A stretch of 60,512 bases of DNA, taken from positions 1 through 60,512 of the forward strand of contig JAVECO010000147.1 in the NCBI GenBank assembly GCA_051942205.1. The letters run 5' to 3'. Every line of letters starts with the position of its first letter. Position 1 is the first letter of the stretch. This document shows, in pieces, positions 50,090-60,315 of this stretch. The notes under the pieces are model-generated. The model saw only the letters and a program-made list of their open reading frames with translations, did no database searches and was not told the origin of the DNA. Made by a program: the position numbers and the translations under genes. The DNA comes from Coniocarpon cinnabarinum. Its lineage: Eukaryota.

Positions 50090-50479
50090 ATGCTGTCGTT
50101 CGTACTCAGCCTATCTTGCATCCACGCATATTTAGCGTTATCCAGTTGGGCCATGGGCGCATATCAACCGGAACCTGCTCAAGTTATTCTTACGGAGGAG
50201 ACGTACCAACACTCGCCGCAGTTGGAGAAGCATGCAGATAGCACGTGTAGGCACGCATCTGCCGAAGCTCCTTTTGCTACGGTTTCGATTCCACTCACCA
50301 CGACATCTCATGGACTTGCGCTACATGCTTCTCAATCACGGGCATGTGTCGCCTCTGGAGGACGCTGTGTTGCCGCTACTGGTCAGCGCACCTGCTGCAA
50401 CGGTCCTTGTCTCATTACCTCAGGCACACATGGAAAGTGCCAATCTACGAACGCCGTTGTGTCCTCACGAAGTCCTTGA
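50090..50479 (+). CDS. Secreted prepro-knottin (inhibitor cystine knot) peptide, antifungal-knottin-like
   Basis: Hydrophobic leader MLSFVLSLSCIHAYLALSSWAMG and a pro-region, then R|ACVASGGRCVAATGQRTCCNGPCLITSGTHGKC = C-x6-C-x8-CC-x3-C-x9-C (50345-50440). Confidence 0.7.
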   Translation: MLSFVLSLSCIHAYLALSSWAMGAYQPEPAQVILTEETYQHSPQLEKHADSTCRHASAEAPFATVSIPLTTTSHGLALHASQSRACVASGGRCVAATGQRTCCNGPCLITSGTHGKCQSTNAVVSSRSP

Positions 50480-51559
50480 TGACAGCCTCAGGCCGGCGTT
50501 GGTATTGGTAAAGCACAGTCAACGATTAGACGAACACCAGATTGCATCCACAGCGTTTGCGCCACAACGATTTATTCTACTGGAGGCCAATTCGTTACTC
50601 AAAAACATTGTATACGAGCATCCGCACGGGCGATTTTCCAGCTTTAGAACAACATGAGTCCTGCAAGCGCCTGCAGCTCATGCGCCAGATGCAAGTCAAG
50701 GGAGTCGAGACGGGTGCTATCATCAAGAGGACTTCGGTTTACTCGTTGACGACCAGCTCACAACAACCATTCAGCGGGAGTCAACCCTTACATCTGGCCG
50801 CGCTGGCTCTGCTCTCTCGTCGCAGGAGCATCTCCAGACCAGGGCTACGAGCAGAAGAGGTGTTATCCTCAATAGCTACGCGCACGTGTAGAGACATGAA
50901 CACACTTCTTACGCCTCCCACTAGACCTTCTGACCATGATGTCAACGCCACTTGACACGTCTTTAAGGTCGACGGAACTCCGTCGCTGCTGCATCGTGCG
51001 TCTATCTCATCCCAGAGCGTGTCCAATCATGCTCAATCACGGTATCGTCACCGGCCGCATGCTTAAAGACATGCGCTGTCATCGGCAACGTCCAACGCCA
51101 TGTACTGAGAAGTTCTCGGGAGTCTATAATCAAGGGGAAAACGCTGATGCAGAACGACGAGGCTTTCCAATTGTGTCTTTTCGTTTACGTCTACTGGCCA
51201 GGGCAAGGACTACAGATATTCTGCCACATTTTGAGAGCACATAATGTCAAGGGATCAATGTTGTACGCTTATGGGGCCCGCACATGACTCGACGTAGTAG
51301 TGAATAGGCTCGTTTCGAGGACTATACCGTGGAGATGGCACGCTCGAAGCACGGCATGAACTAATTGAAAGGAGGAGAGGGCTTTCTCGCACTTGCTCGC
51401 TACGGGGCTCCTGGCGCACACACAGCAAGTCCATCGGGAACTTCGACAACTGTGAACCACAGATCCAACAACCTCCATCAAGAAACCAAAAAGCAACATC
51501 TATTCAGCAATCGCGCTTCCACATATCTCGACCCCTTCGCAGTTCCTACTTCAAGAGAA

Positions 51560-51998
51560 CTATGGACACGCCACCCCCGCCTGCTGAATGCAATAACTAC
51601 TCGCCGTCGCGCTAGCCGGCTCGCCTAGCCCTTCAATACCAGGTATACTCGCATTCTGACACCCGTCGTAGTCCATATGAATCGTCGTGCCGGCGCCTGT
51701 ACAATCACGGCCCGCGTACAGTGTAATCTGCTCGACGTTGACGGGGTTGTTGGTAAAGGAGCGGATTTCGGTGGGGAAGTTCTGGCACCCCGCGAAGGTG
51801 TCGATGGTGGTGTCCGTAAATTCGCAGGCGTCGGAGGCCGAGTAGATGGTTAGGTCTATGCCGGTTGGTGTTTGTTGCGTTGATGCTAGGCTGGCGAGGG
51901 CGGTGAGGGCGAGGAGCTGGGTGGTTGTTAGTGGGATTCAGGAATATTGCTCAAGAGCGTGAAAGATTGGATGGCTGGGTACGTACTGTGTATTGCAT
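51560..51998 (-). CDS. Small secreted 6-Cys protein (122 aa) with two beta/gamma-crystallin-like repeats; missed by the ORF track
   Basis: Exon 51998-51987 (MQYT), intron 51986-51917 (GTACGT..ACTAAC..CAG), exon 51916-51560: LLALTALASLASTQQTPTGIDLTIYSASDACEFTDTTIDTFAGCQNFPTEIRSFTNNPVNVEQITLYAGRDCTGAGTTIHMDYDGCQNASIPGIEGLGEPASATASSYCIQQAGVACP*. Confidence 0.85.
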
Positions 51999-53498
51999 TG
52001 TTACTGTGGTCTTGCGAATTGGTCTAGTAAGATAATAGGGATTGGTGCCCATTGGGTTGAGGGCGCTCTGACTGTCTTGCTGGCTTCTGAGATCAAGAAG
52101 CAGAGCCCTTGAAACGACAGGCGATACTCTTGTATCTTCAGACCTTACACCTATAACGCCACCAACACTCAGTCTCACCCAACATCAGCAATACAAATCG
52201 AAGCCATTGAATGTAACATCACAAATACTGGCACGAATAGAAGCCTATCCATTAGAGCCATTACGGTTACTTCCGTAACGATTGACTCAACTATACGCGC
52301 GGGGTTAAGCGGAAGCAAATCTGATCTATTGGCGCCGTCGTCACAACTTCATGCTTACAAATATGGTCGTGTGGCCAGTTGAGTCACGGTCACGGCTACT
52401 ACGGAGGTCATCGCGTCTCGTCGAAGTCGGAGACCGGACGATGGCTGACGTAGACCAGATGAAGGCTGGCATCGACCGAGAGTCGAGTCAATGGCAGAAT
52501 TGTGGCGTATTGAGCCATGGGGCGATTTCTTTTCTTAGGAACGCGACTCGAATGGGTTAGCGTCTTCACGATACGCCATCACATTCGGGATTTGCATAAG
52601 AGGGGTTCGAGCGTGATGTCGGCCTATGAGAAAAAGTCCTTGGGGGTTGGGGCTAGCGTCAGAGATTAGAGAGAAGCAAGCCTAGTGGTTTTGTGTTGAT
52701 AGAGGAGCCTGGCCGTCATTTGTAGTTGTATATAGCGCCGCTAAGGCGCTGGTGTAGTTCGTGCTAAGCTTTCGGCGCACCTGGCAGCGGATACTTGATC
52801 GGGATCGTAAAGAGCCACCAGTTTGTGCGTCGTGGCGTGCTAGACTTGAGGTGAGATAGTAGCTATAGTTGCATCACGTACTGCGGCATCAGTCTCGTTT
52901 GCATCAGCAACAAACATGTGACATTGGCGATCTATACTCTCTTGCCTGTGGCAAGCATGGACATGATCATAGAGTTGTATTTGCATCATATGAAGAGGGT
53001 CCAAAATAGCAACGAATGTGGGGTGCATATGTAGAGTGGAGAATATACAAGATGGCAAGTAAGTTAAGGTGGTGCGCCGTGTCTTACAAAACCTTCGTCC
53101 CTAGGTGCTGATAGTCGCAATACAGAAGTCAAGCAGATGTGTTGAGTGTTGAAGTACATTCACACATCGCCAATAGAACTCGCAAGTGAATTATTCGCAA
53201 TGAAGGATGGGCAAGCGAGACTCTGCCTAGGGTCATGCGCAAGGGCATGCAGTCCAAGTCCAGCAGAGTGCGAAAATTGCATGATCCTGCAATGGACGAA
53301 TAACCTTTGTGGGGAAGCTCTCAAAGCGACGTAACTGCCTTTGCCAGAATATTATTATTGTTATTTTACTTTTCGATAGTGCAATAGGTGTAGACCAGAC
53401 GGCACCAAACTAATCCTCTTTCGAAACTAGCGTATGCTTTACCAGTAGAGCTGTATCTTGACCTGCCAGAGCACGTGCAGAGCCACATACAAGAAGCA

Positions 53499-54651
53499 AT
53501 GGCTGATATCGAAAAGTGTAGCGTAACTACGGAGGATGCAGATGCAAGTCTGGAGCGAACTTCTAATCTCAATCAATCAAAAGGAGACACACATGCAAGT
53601 GCAGCAGAAGAAGAGTCCGTTGGTAGAGAGAGCGTGCCTCAGGAAGTTGCAGACAAACCACAGCTGTCCAAAAATCAAGTCAAAAAGCAGCGGAAGCGAC
53701 AGGAGTGGGAGGATGCTCGGGGCATACGAAAAGCTGTGCGCAAAGAAAAGCGAGTCAAAACCAGAGAGCGGAAAAGGTCGGCCATTCGAAACGGTGAGGT
53801 GTCAGCCGAGTCCTTCACGAAGGTAGGTTGGTGTGTCATCAGAATGTCTGAGAAAGATGCGCTAAGTGCAATTCCAGCCTCACGTGCAGTCAGAGTTGGT
53901 CCCCATCACGGTCTTGATCGACTGCCAGTTCGAGCATGAAATGACCCCTGCAGAGCTCGTGTCTATGGGAAGCCAATTGACTCGGTGCTACGCGGATCAC
54001 AGGAAAGCTCCTTACAGGACGCACCTGGCTGTCAGCTCGTTCGATGGTGTGCTAAAGGCGCGCTTCGAGGGCATACTGAACAACCAGCATAAATCTTGGG
54101 ATGTCAAGTTTCGCCAACACCATTTTGTAGATGTTGCTGCTGAAGCCAGTGAGTGGATGCGAGGTCCAAAAGGTGGTACCGTGCCAGCTTCCATGCAGGA
54201 TAACGAAAGCCCCAGTACCTTGAAGGATTCAGAGACCCTGGATGACAATGTACCTGCGGGAGAGGTGGTGTACTTGACGAGCGACAGTCCCAACACCCTG
54301 CAGGTTCTCAAGCCGTACAGCACGTATATCATCGGCGGCATCGTCGACAAAAATCGCCACAAAGGCATCTGCTACCAGCGCGCTTGTGACCACAATACAA
54401 AAACAGCGCGATTGCCGATTGGCGAATATATCAAGTTGTCAAGCCGACACGTGATGACAACAAATCACGTCCACGAAATCATGCTGAAGTGGCTCGAGTA
54501 CCGAGACTGGGGTAAAGCGTTCATGGCCGTCATCCCGCAACGCAAGGGAGGGGCTCTGAAAGAGCCGACAGTCCCGGACAATGACCCAGACTCTTCCGCA
54601 ACCGTCGCAGAAGAGGGACATGAAGACGGTTTCAGAGAAGCGGAACGATGA
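53499..54651 (+). CDS. trm10: tRNA (guanine-N1)-methyltransferase Trm10
   Basis: Exons 53499-53822 and 53878-54651. Motifs: LSKNQ.KK..K..EWE, SQLTRCY, VYLTSDSPNTL, YIIGGIVDKNRHKG, ARLPIGEYI..VMTTNHV.EIM, W.KAF..VIPQRK. Confidence 0.95.
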
Positions 54652-55067
54652 CCCAACTTGCGAGTCAAACGCAGGCATGCAGGGAGGTTCTTGACAGGTA
54701 CCGAAATTGCCAGAAGAAGGCAATTGTGATTCCAAGAATGGAGCACAACACGATGACCATCCCATGAATTCCTTCTTCACTGCGGCTCGCGACACGTCCC
54801 AGTCCTGCTCGGCGTACTCATTTCAGATCCTTCAGGGCATACTGTTTGTACGCTTTTTCCGCTCACGCCATTGTGACTACACCCGTGGCCCCTCTGGCCG
54901 AGCTCGTCGCCTGTGTATTAATACTCGCGTCCACATCTGCTGATTGTTTGACAAGAGTGCATTCCGTGCACGATCTCCGATGTCTTGCTCATTGACCGTG
55001 ATTGCGACGTAGATTAGACCCATTTCGTGGTTTTTCGTACTTTTCTTTCACGAGTCCAACTCTGCTT

Positions 55068-55721
55068 ATGTATACCATATTCCTAGCCACATTTCTTGTC
55101 TTTCTTCTCGAGTTACGCGGCGCTCTTTCAGCGCCAACATCTCCAGGTGCATCGCAGCACACCTTTGACGACCCAGACATAGAGCACATACGAAAGACAG
55201 GCACGGCAGTAACCGTTGGTATCGAATTTCATGCAGCATCACCAGATTCATACGGATATGTAGAGATACCACTGAATCAGCGTACTTTAACATGTGTGTA
55301 CCTCCCATTCATGACCTAAAATGACCCCAACGATCAAAGAGCCAAAGCTGACGATGCAACAGATAACTTACCAGCATTCCCTCGCAATCCTACTCATGCC
55401 AGAATTGTTAGCGCACATGGCACTCTCAGAGGACCCAAAGGCATCATGTATCGCAAACCGCTCAACAGTTCAGATGATCACCCGATATGCGTCGCGTATC
55501 CCAAATTACGGTCCGAATACGAACACAGATTGTTATGGGGCAACAGCGAAGAGTATGCCGCGGGGACACCGTCAGGCAGGGCATTGGTCGAGCGAAGTAG
55601 GCAGCGGGCCCCGCCATCACCCGTGTGGTGGCGGATTGAGGATGGCTGGGTTAACTTTGAAAGTGCGAAGGGAAGATGGTGGTTGAAGGGTCGAGACATC
55701 GAGGCGTTGCATTGTATCTGA
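55068..55721 (+). CDS. Secreted hypothetical protein (~194 aa, 2 Cys, Trp-rich C-terminus)
   Basis: Signal peptide MYTIFLATFLVFLLELRGALS|AP. Intron 55294-55362 (GTGTGT..GCTGAC..CAG) joins ORFs 55002 and 55446 in frame. Confidence 0.7.
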
Positions 55722-55964
55722 GCCAGGATGCTTTGATGAGACCATGACGTTCACGAATGAAGAGGACCTGTGATTGCAATGCGCATTGCACATCAATTTT
55801 TTTTTGCTGGCAGTCGCCTCTCCATGCACGCAAAGCAATGTAATTTGTATTGGAATTAGCAGAAGCACTGGTTCCTTCCAAGACAGCGAGAACACGGCCG
55901 ACATGTCGCTTTTGCTTCAATTCTTGACTGTCTTCCGCCCGGCCGCTTCGCATATGCATAGGAT

Positions 55965-56414
55965 CTACGCAGCAATGGTAACCTCGACTTCGACACCAGC
56001 CTCAATGTTGATAATGATCTGCTTGACCACTTCGGTAGGCGCGTTCAAACTACAGTCCCATTAGCAATGTCCTGAAACTTATCTTCCGCATCGTTCAAGA
56101 CTCCACAGGCTGCACGCGGGCTGATCACAGGGCTTGACTCACTCAATCAGGCGCTTGTGGATTCTCATCTCGTATGTATCCCACGTCTTGGATCCCTCAC
56201 CACATGGCGTCTTTCGTGTCGTGACCTTCAAGTGCTTTGTGGGCAAGCGCACTGGTCCGCGCACACGCAGGTCCTTGGTTTTCGCGCGCTCGATCAACTC
56301 CGTGCACACTTTTTCCAGAGCGTTGACCTTGCGCGAGGTGAGAGTGATGCGGATCTTGTGGATTTTGGGACCATCGCCCATGTCACCTTTGCCATCTTTG
56401 CTGGGGTACGACAT
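55965..56414 (-). CDS. rps20: 40S ribosomal protein S20 (uS10)
   Basis: Exons 56414-56143 and 56049-55965 give HKIRITLTS...[39 protein letters not shown]...[13 protein letters not shown] probable 5'-UTR intron lies at 56611-56452. Confidence 0.97.
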
Positions 56415-56770
56415 TTTGGCAATGGGCGTTGTTTTTGTCGGTTGGCGGACACTATAGTGTGGCTGATGAGGTTGCGGAGATACTAGTGGGGGTCTTCCAA
56501 TCACGACTCGGGCGCCTCAATCAAGAGTCCACGGCAAAGTGATGACTGGAATTGTGGGCGTGTCAAGAGTAGGATGCACAAGCAAGCAATACGAATATGA
56601 ACTGTTAGTACCTGTCTGAGAGTGCGTGCTCGGCAGAGCTATACCAGATTAGGAAAGGATTTTCCGAAACTCGGAGCTTGCTGCCGCCGGGCCGTCATGG
56701 AGATATACGCAAAAGGACATTCAATAAAAATAAGGCTGACGTCTCCACGAGTTTTATGCTATGAGAAAGA

Positions 56771-57638
56771 ATGATAGTTGATTATGTCAAGGCCAACGCT
56801 CGTCGCGCGATGGTTCAAGACCGCAGCGTGCCAACACAGCTACCAAGCATGCGAGTATTGGCGATCGGAGATTCAATAACCGTAGGAATCGAGAGCCCAG
56901 ATGGAAATGGATATCGTAAACATTTTGAAGAGTTGATGAGCAGTAAACACCATGTTGAGTTCCTGGGAACGGAGAGGTGCGGCGATATGGCGAACAATCG
57001 CATGGCTGGATGGTCTGGGGCCACCATTGCTGAGGTAGCCGAGTTGATGAAGCCTAGTCTGAAAGAAACACCCGATCTAGTACTTCTGCACGTCGGCACG
57101 AACGATTGGTGGATGCACCTACAAGTAATGAGTTGTGACATGACAGAAGCCGTCGATCGCGTGGCGCAAATGTCTGAGCGTGGCTGACAAGAACGACAAA
57201 GCAATCCAGACTCTCATATATCACGACAAGGTACCGACGCTAAAGCTGCCGCAGAGAGAATAGCCTGCCTCATCGATACAGTCATTGAGCGTGTACCGCA
57301 TGGCAACATAATCATAGCTAAGCTTGTGGGCACTGCAGGATTACCCCAGACCGAGCCACAACAGCATCACATCGATGACTTGAATGAACTAATACCAGCA
57401 ATCGTGTCCGATAAAAGGGCAAAGAAGTCGCAGGGATTCGTTCAGGTTGCTGACATGAGGAGCGTCACTGGACCTGTAGGAGCTTCATAGCAACCTTGAG
57501 TTACACAGCTGACAGTGGAAGCAGAAGTTTATCTCGCCCGTCGTCGGTGGTGTGCATCCCAATGCTCAAGGGTATCAGAGGATGGCTGGGATCTGGCATG
57601 CGACGTTGGAGGACGATGAAGATGGTAGAGACTACTAG
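56771..57638 (+). CDS. SGNH/GDSL hydrolase (CE3-like esterase), no signal peptide
   Basis: Block I GDSIT, block II GWSGATI, block III VLLHVGTND, block V GGVHPNAQGY.RMA..W. Introns are ~57109-57201 (donor uncertain) and 57476-57524. The start may be 56849. Confidence 0.8.
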
Positions 57639-57979
57639 ACAGTTACGTACGGCGATCTTCTGGCTTGAGGCAGGGATCAGCTAGCGAGAGGCTCTACAGT
57701 GCCGCAAATAGCAGCGAAACCTCAGTTTGCTTCGGGTGAATACCGTGAATGCTGTTGAGAGATCGAGCTCATAAGAATACTCCGTGCATGTCGGCGTTCG
57801 CAATAAACCTAGGCTCGAAAAGGGAAGGCGGCTTCTTTCCTACTGCTTCACGATCATGACTCTTATACAATGCAGTTGCTGCACTCCAAATACAACCTTT
57901 CAATGGTCGTTTCAGTCTCTGTAGAGCTACACCGTCCGAAAGGAAATGTTGTGTCGTAGCCGACACCCACTGCTCTGCC

Positions 57980-60031
57980 ATGGCTTCCACGCGCCTACCG
58001 CCAATTGTCCCATATCCAAGCCATGAGCTTCGAGATCATATACTAACCGATGCATGGGAAGCTTGCCTGGACGCTTGGATAGTCCTTGGTCGAGCGTATT
58101 TGCTCGTGCAATCGGAGCGATTCAGCGACAACCTCTCACCATTGTCGTCGCTCACTAACTTTCTGACCTCTTATGTTCACGAAAATGTGCAACATCTTCA
58201 GCTTGTTGGCGGACAAGATCCAGCCAAGTCAAAGGAGTTGCAAGAGACAGTCTTTTTACTCGTCCACAGGGCACTGACAGAAGCGAGGGATGTCCCATCG
58301 GCCATGCTTGAATGGACGTTCCTCGCAGACTTTGCTCGTCTCTATGGCCGTTATCAAGCTACTTCCCAGATTCTTTCACAAACGTGGCTCCAGCACAGCG
58401 GCGCCATCGAGAAATCCGTTCAAAGCGAAAAAGCTGCTCTTATTGTAGCAGAAGCTTCCCCAGTCTCTCCGCAGTGGCAAGATGTGTCAAGTCTCACGTA
58501 TCTTGTGCGGGTAATGCCACACGTTGGAAAATTATTGCTGACCGGTACCGACTTTCTTGACTCGCTCATTGCCGCCTACTCAAGTATGAAAGAAGATATC
58601 GCGTCGCAAATACTTGCGCTTGCTTATTTAAGTTTACTCTCCCTTTTACAGATGTCTAAGCCCAACGTCTCTCTCCTCGTAGAGCAGCTGTACAGCCTGG
58701 ATTCTTCGGCCAAGCAAGTGACTGCAACATCCTCAAATAATTTGACCATATCGCTTGTCTCTGATACCCCTCTCCTTGGTAAGCTGCGACAACTGCTCCA
58801 AGGACCTGACCTCAAGCGCGCTCAGGGAGTCCTTGACTCTCTAAATAAGCTTGCGCGCCCTCCGAAGACGTCTCACCGAAAGTATCGTCCACCGAAAGCC
58901 AAGAAGGGTAAAGGCAGATTCGATGGCCACAGCAATGCAACGCCACAGCTTCATCCTCACCGGTTCTCGCTCATCACTCAGATCCAAGACGTGTTTCCCG
59001 ATCTCGGCTCACTTTTTACTCTCCATCTCCTCGACTATTACAACGATAACACGGAATCTGCAATCGCGGCCCTCCTGGAAGAGAACCTACCTCCACAATT
59101 TGCTGACCTAAATCGCTCTGAGCAACTACCACCAACGACCTCTCTCACCTCAGACATCGACCATCACGACGACCTGATACCGCACTCCCCGTCCCCACCG
59201 CCAGAGACTTTCGAAGCCGAGTTCCCGCCACGCCGTAACAAATACGACAACGACGCCTTCGACCGCCTCGCCGTCCCCTCATCTCAACTCCATCGTGGCA
59301 AATCGCGCAACGACGCCACAGCCGATGATCTGCTCGCATCACACAAAGACTCAAGCAGCCATGCCAAGTCCAAAGCCGCCATCTTCTCAGCACTCGCCGC
59401 TTTCGATCCCGACGACGACGAGCGAGACGACACTTACGACGTCGAAGACGTAGGCGGGACTGTGGACGCAGCAAGGCCCGACGACGACGTCGCTCAGCGG
59501 CGGACGGGAACGAATGATCAACAGGGCCCGGTAGATGAAGCCGCGCTATGGAGGGTGTTCCAGTCGAATGCAAAGGTATTCGAGCGAGATGCGCGGAGAG
59601 GGAAGGAACGTCAAGCGCTGAAGACTGAGACTGGCATGACCGACGAAGCGATCGAAGGCTGGGCGACAATGCTGAAACGAGACCCAAATCGAATACAAGC
59701 GCTCGAACGAGAATTCGAAGGCTTCAGCGGGCAGCAGAAGCAACTGGAGAGTACGAGATGGCAGAGGATCAATGAAGACGAAGGCGGAGACAGCGGGAGT
59801 GGGCAGGACAGTATGATGGGACGCGGAGGCTTTAGAGGGCGGGGACGCGGAAGAGGAAGAGGAGGAGGCGGCAGTGGACGTGGAGGCAGAGCAACTGTGG
59901 CGGGTCCAAGTAATGAGAAGAGCACGCAGATTGCCAGGGAAAGGAAAGAGGCGAATAAGGGAAGTAATGCGAATCACAATCGGAGGGATCAGAGGGCCAA
60001 GAAAATGGCGCAGGGAGGGTTTGCAACGTGA
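57980..60031 (+). CDS. cue3: CUE-domain ribosome quality-control trigger subunit Cue3/Rqt3 (ASCC2-like)
   Basis: CUE domain (ITQIQDVFPDLG..F..HLLDYY.DN.E.AIAALLEENLPP), DDDERDDTYD, TGMTDEAIEGW..ML, an RGG tract and the KE.NK...ANHNRR..RAKKM end. Confidence 0.85.
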   Translation: MASTRLPPIVPYPSHELRDHILTDAWEACLDAWIVLGRAYLLVQSERFSDNLSPLSSLTNFLTSYVHENVQHLQLVGGQDPAKSKELQETVFLLVHRALTEARDVPSAMLEWTFLADFARLYGRYQATSQILSQTWLQHSGAIEKSVQSEKAALIVAEASPVSPQWQDVSSLTYLVRVMPHVGKLLLTGTDFLDSLIAAYSSMKEDIASQILALAYLSLLSLLQMSKPNVSLLVEQLYSLDSSAKQVTATSSNNLTISLVSDTPLLGKLRQLLQGPDLKRAQGVLDSLNKLARPPKTSHRKYRPPKAKKGKGRFDGHSNATPQLHPHRFSLITQIQDVFPDLGSLFTLHLLDYYNDNTESAIAALLEENLPPQFADLNRSEQLPPTTSLTSDIDHHDDLIPHSPSPPPETFEAEFPPRRNKYDNDAFDRLAVPSSQLHRGKSRNDATADDLLASHKDSSSHAKSKAAIFSALAAFDPDDDERDDTYDVEDVGGTVDAARPDDDVAQRRTGTNDQQGPVDEAALWRVFQSNAKVFERDARRGKERQALKTETGMTDEAIEGWATMLKRDPNRIQALEREFEGFSGQQKQLESTRWQRINEDEGGDSGSGQDSMMGRGGFRGRGRGRGRGGGGSGRGGRATVAGPSNEKSTQIARERKEANKGSNANHNRRDQRAKKMAQGGFAT

Positions 60032-60315
60032 TGCGATGTCGATGGACGACAGCAAAGATTCCCTGAATGGTGACGAAAAAGCACTGCAGCGTTCTATAGA
60101 GCATCGTCCATGTGTAGATTTAAAGCCAGATTCATGACTCCTTAATGGTTTCTAAACGACTCCTAAATGGTCGAGTGAAGCGTCTAGTGTTGGTTACGCG
60201 ACTGCTTGCCATGCTCACGTCAAGGAATCCTCTATCTATACACATATATACATTGCTATACAAGTGATGCTCGAATGCCCGGCTTCAAATCGTACCATAA
60301 TACCAACGTCACACA

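Noticed and set aside
52734..52820. tRNA-like start (hairpin AGCGCC..GGCGCT, TGGTGTAGTT)
   Set aside because: No downstream T-loop/B-box (GTTCRA) and no cloverleaf.
56539..56619. GTGATGA...CTGA pair resembling a C/D snoRNA
   Set aside because: Antisense to the rps20 leader intron and has no terminal stem.
3375..60137. Long antisense/shadow ORFs over real genes (for example 3375-3959, 42624-43364, 59145-59687)
   Set aside because: Explained by codon bias of the genes on the opposite strand.
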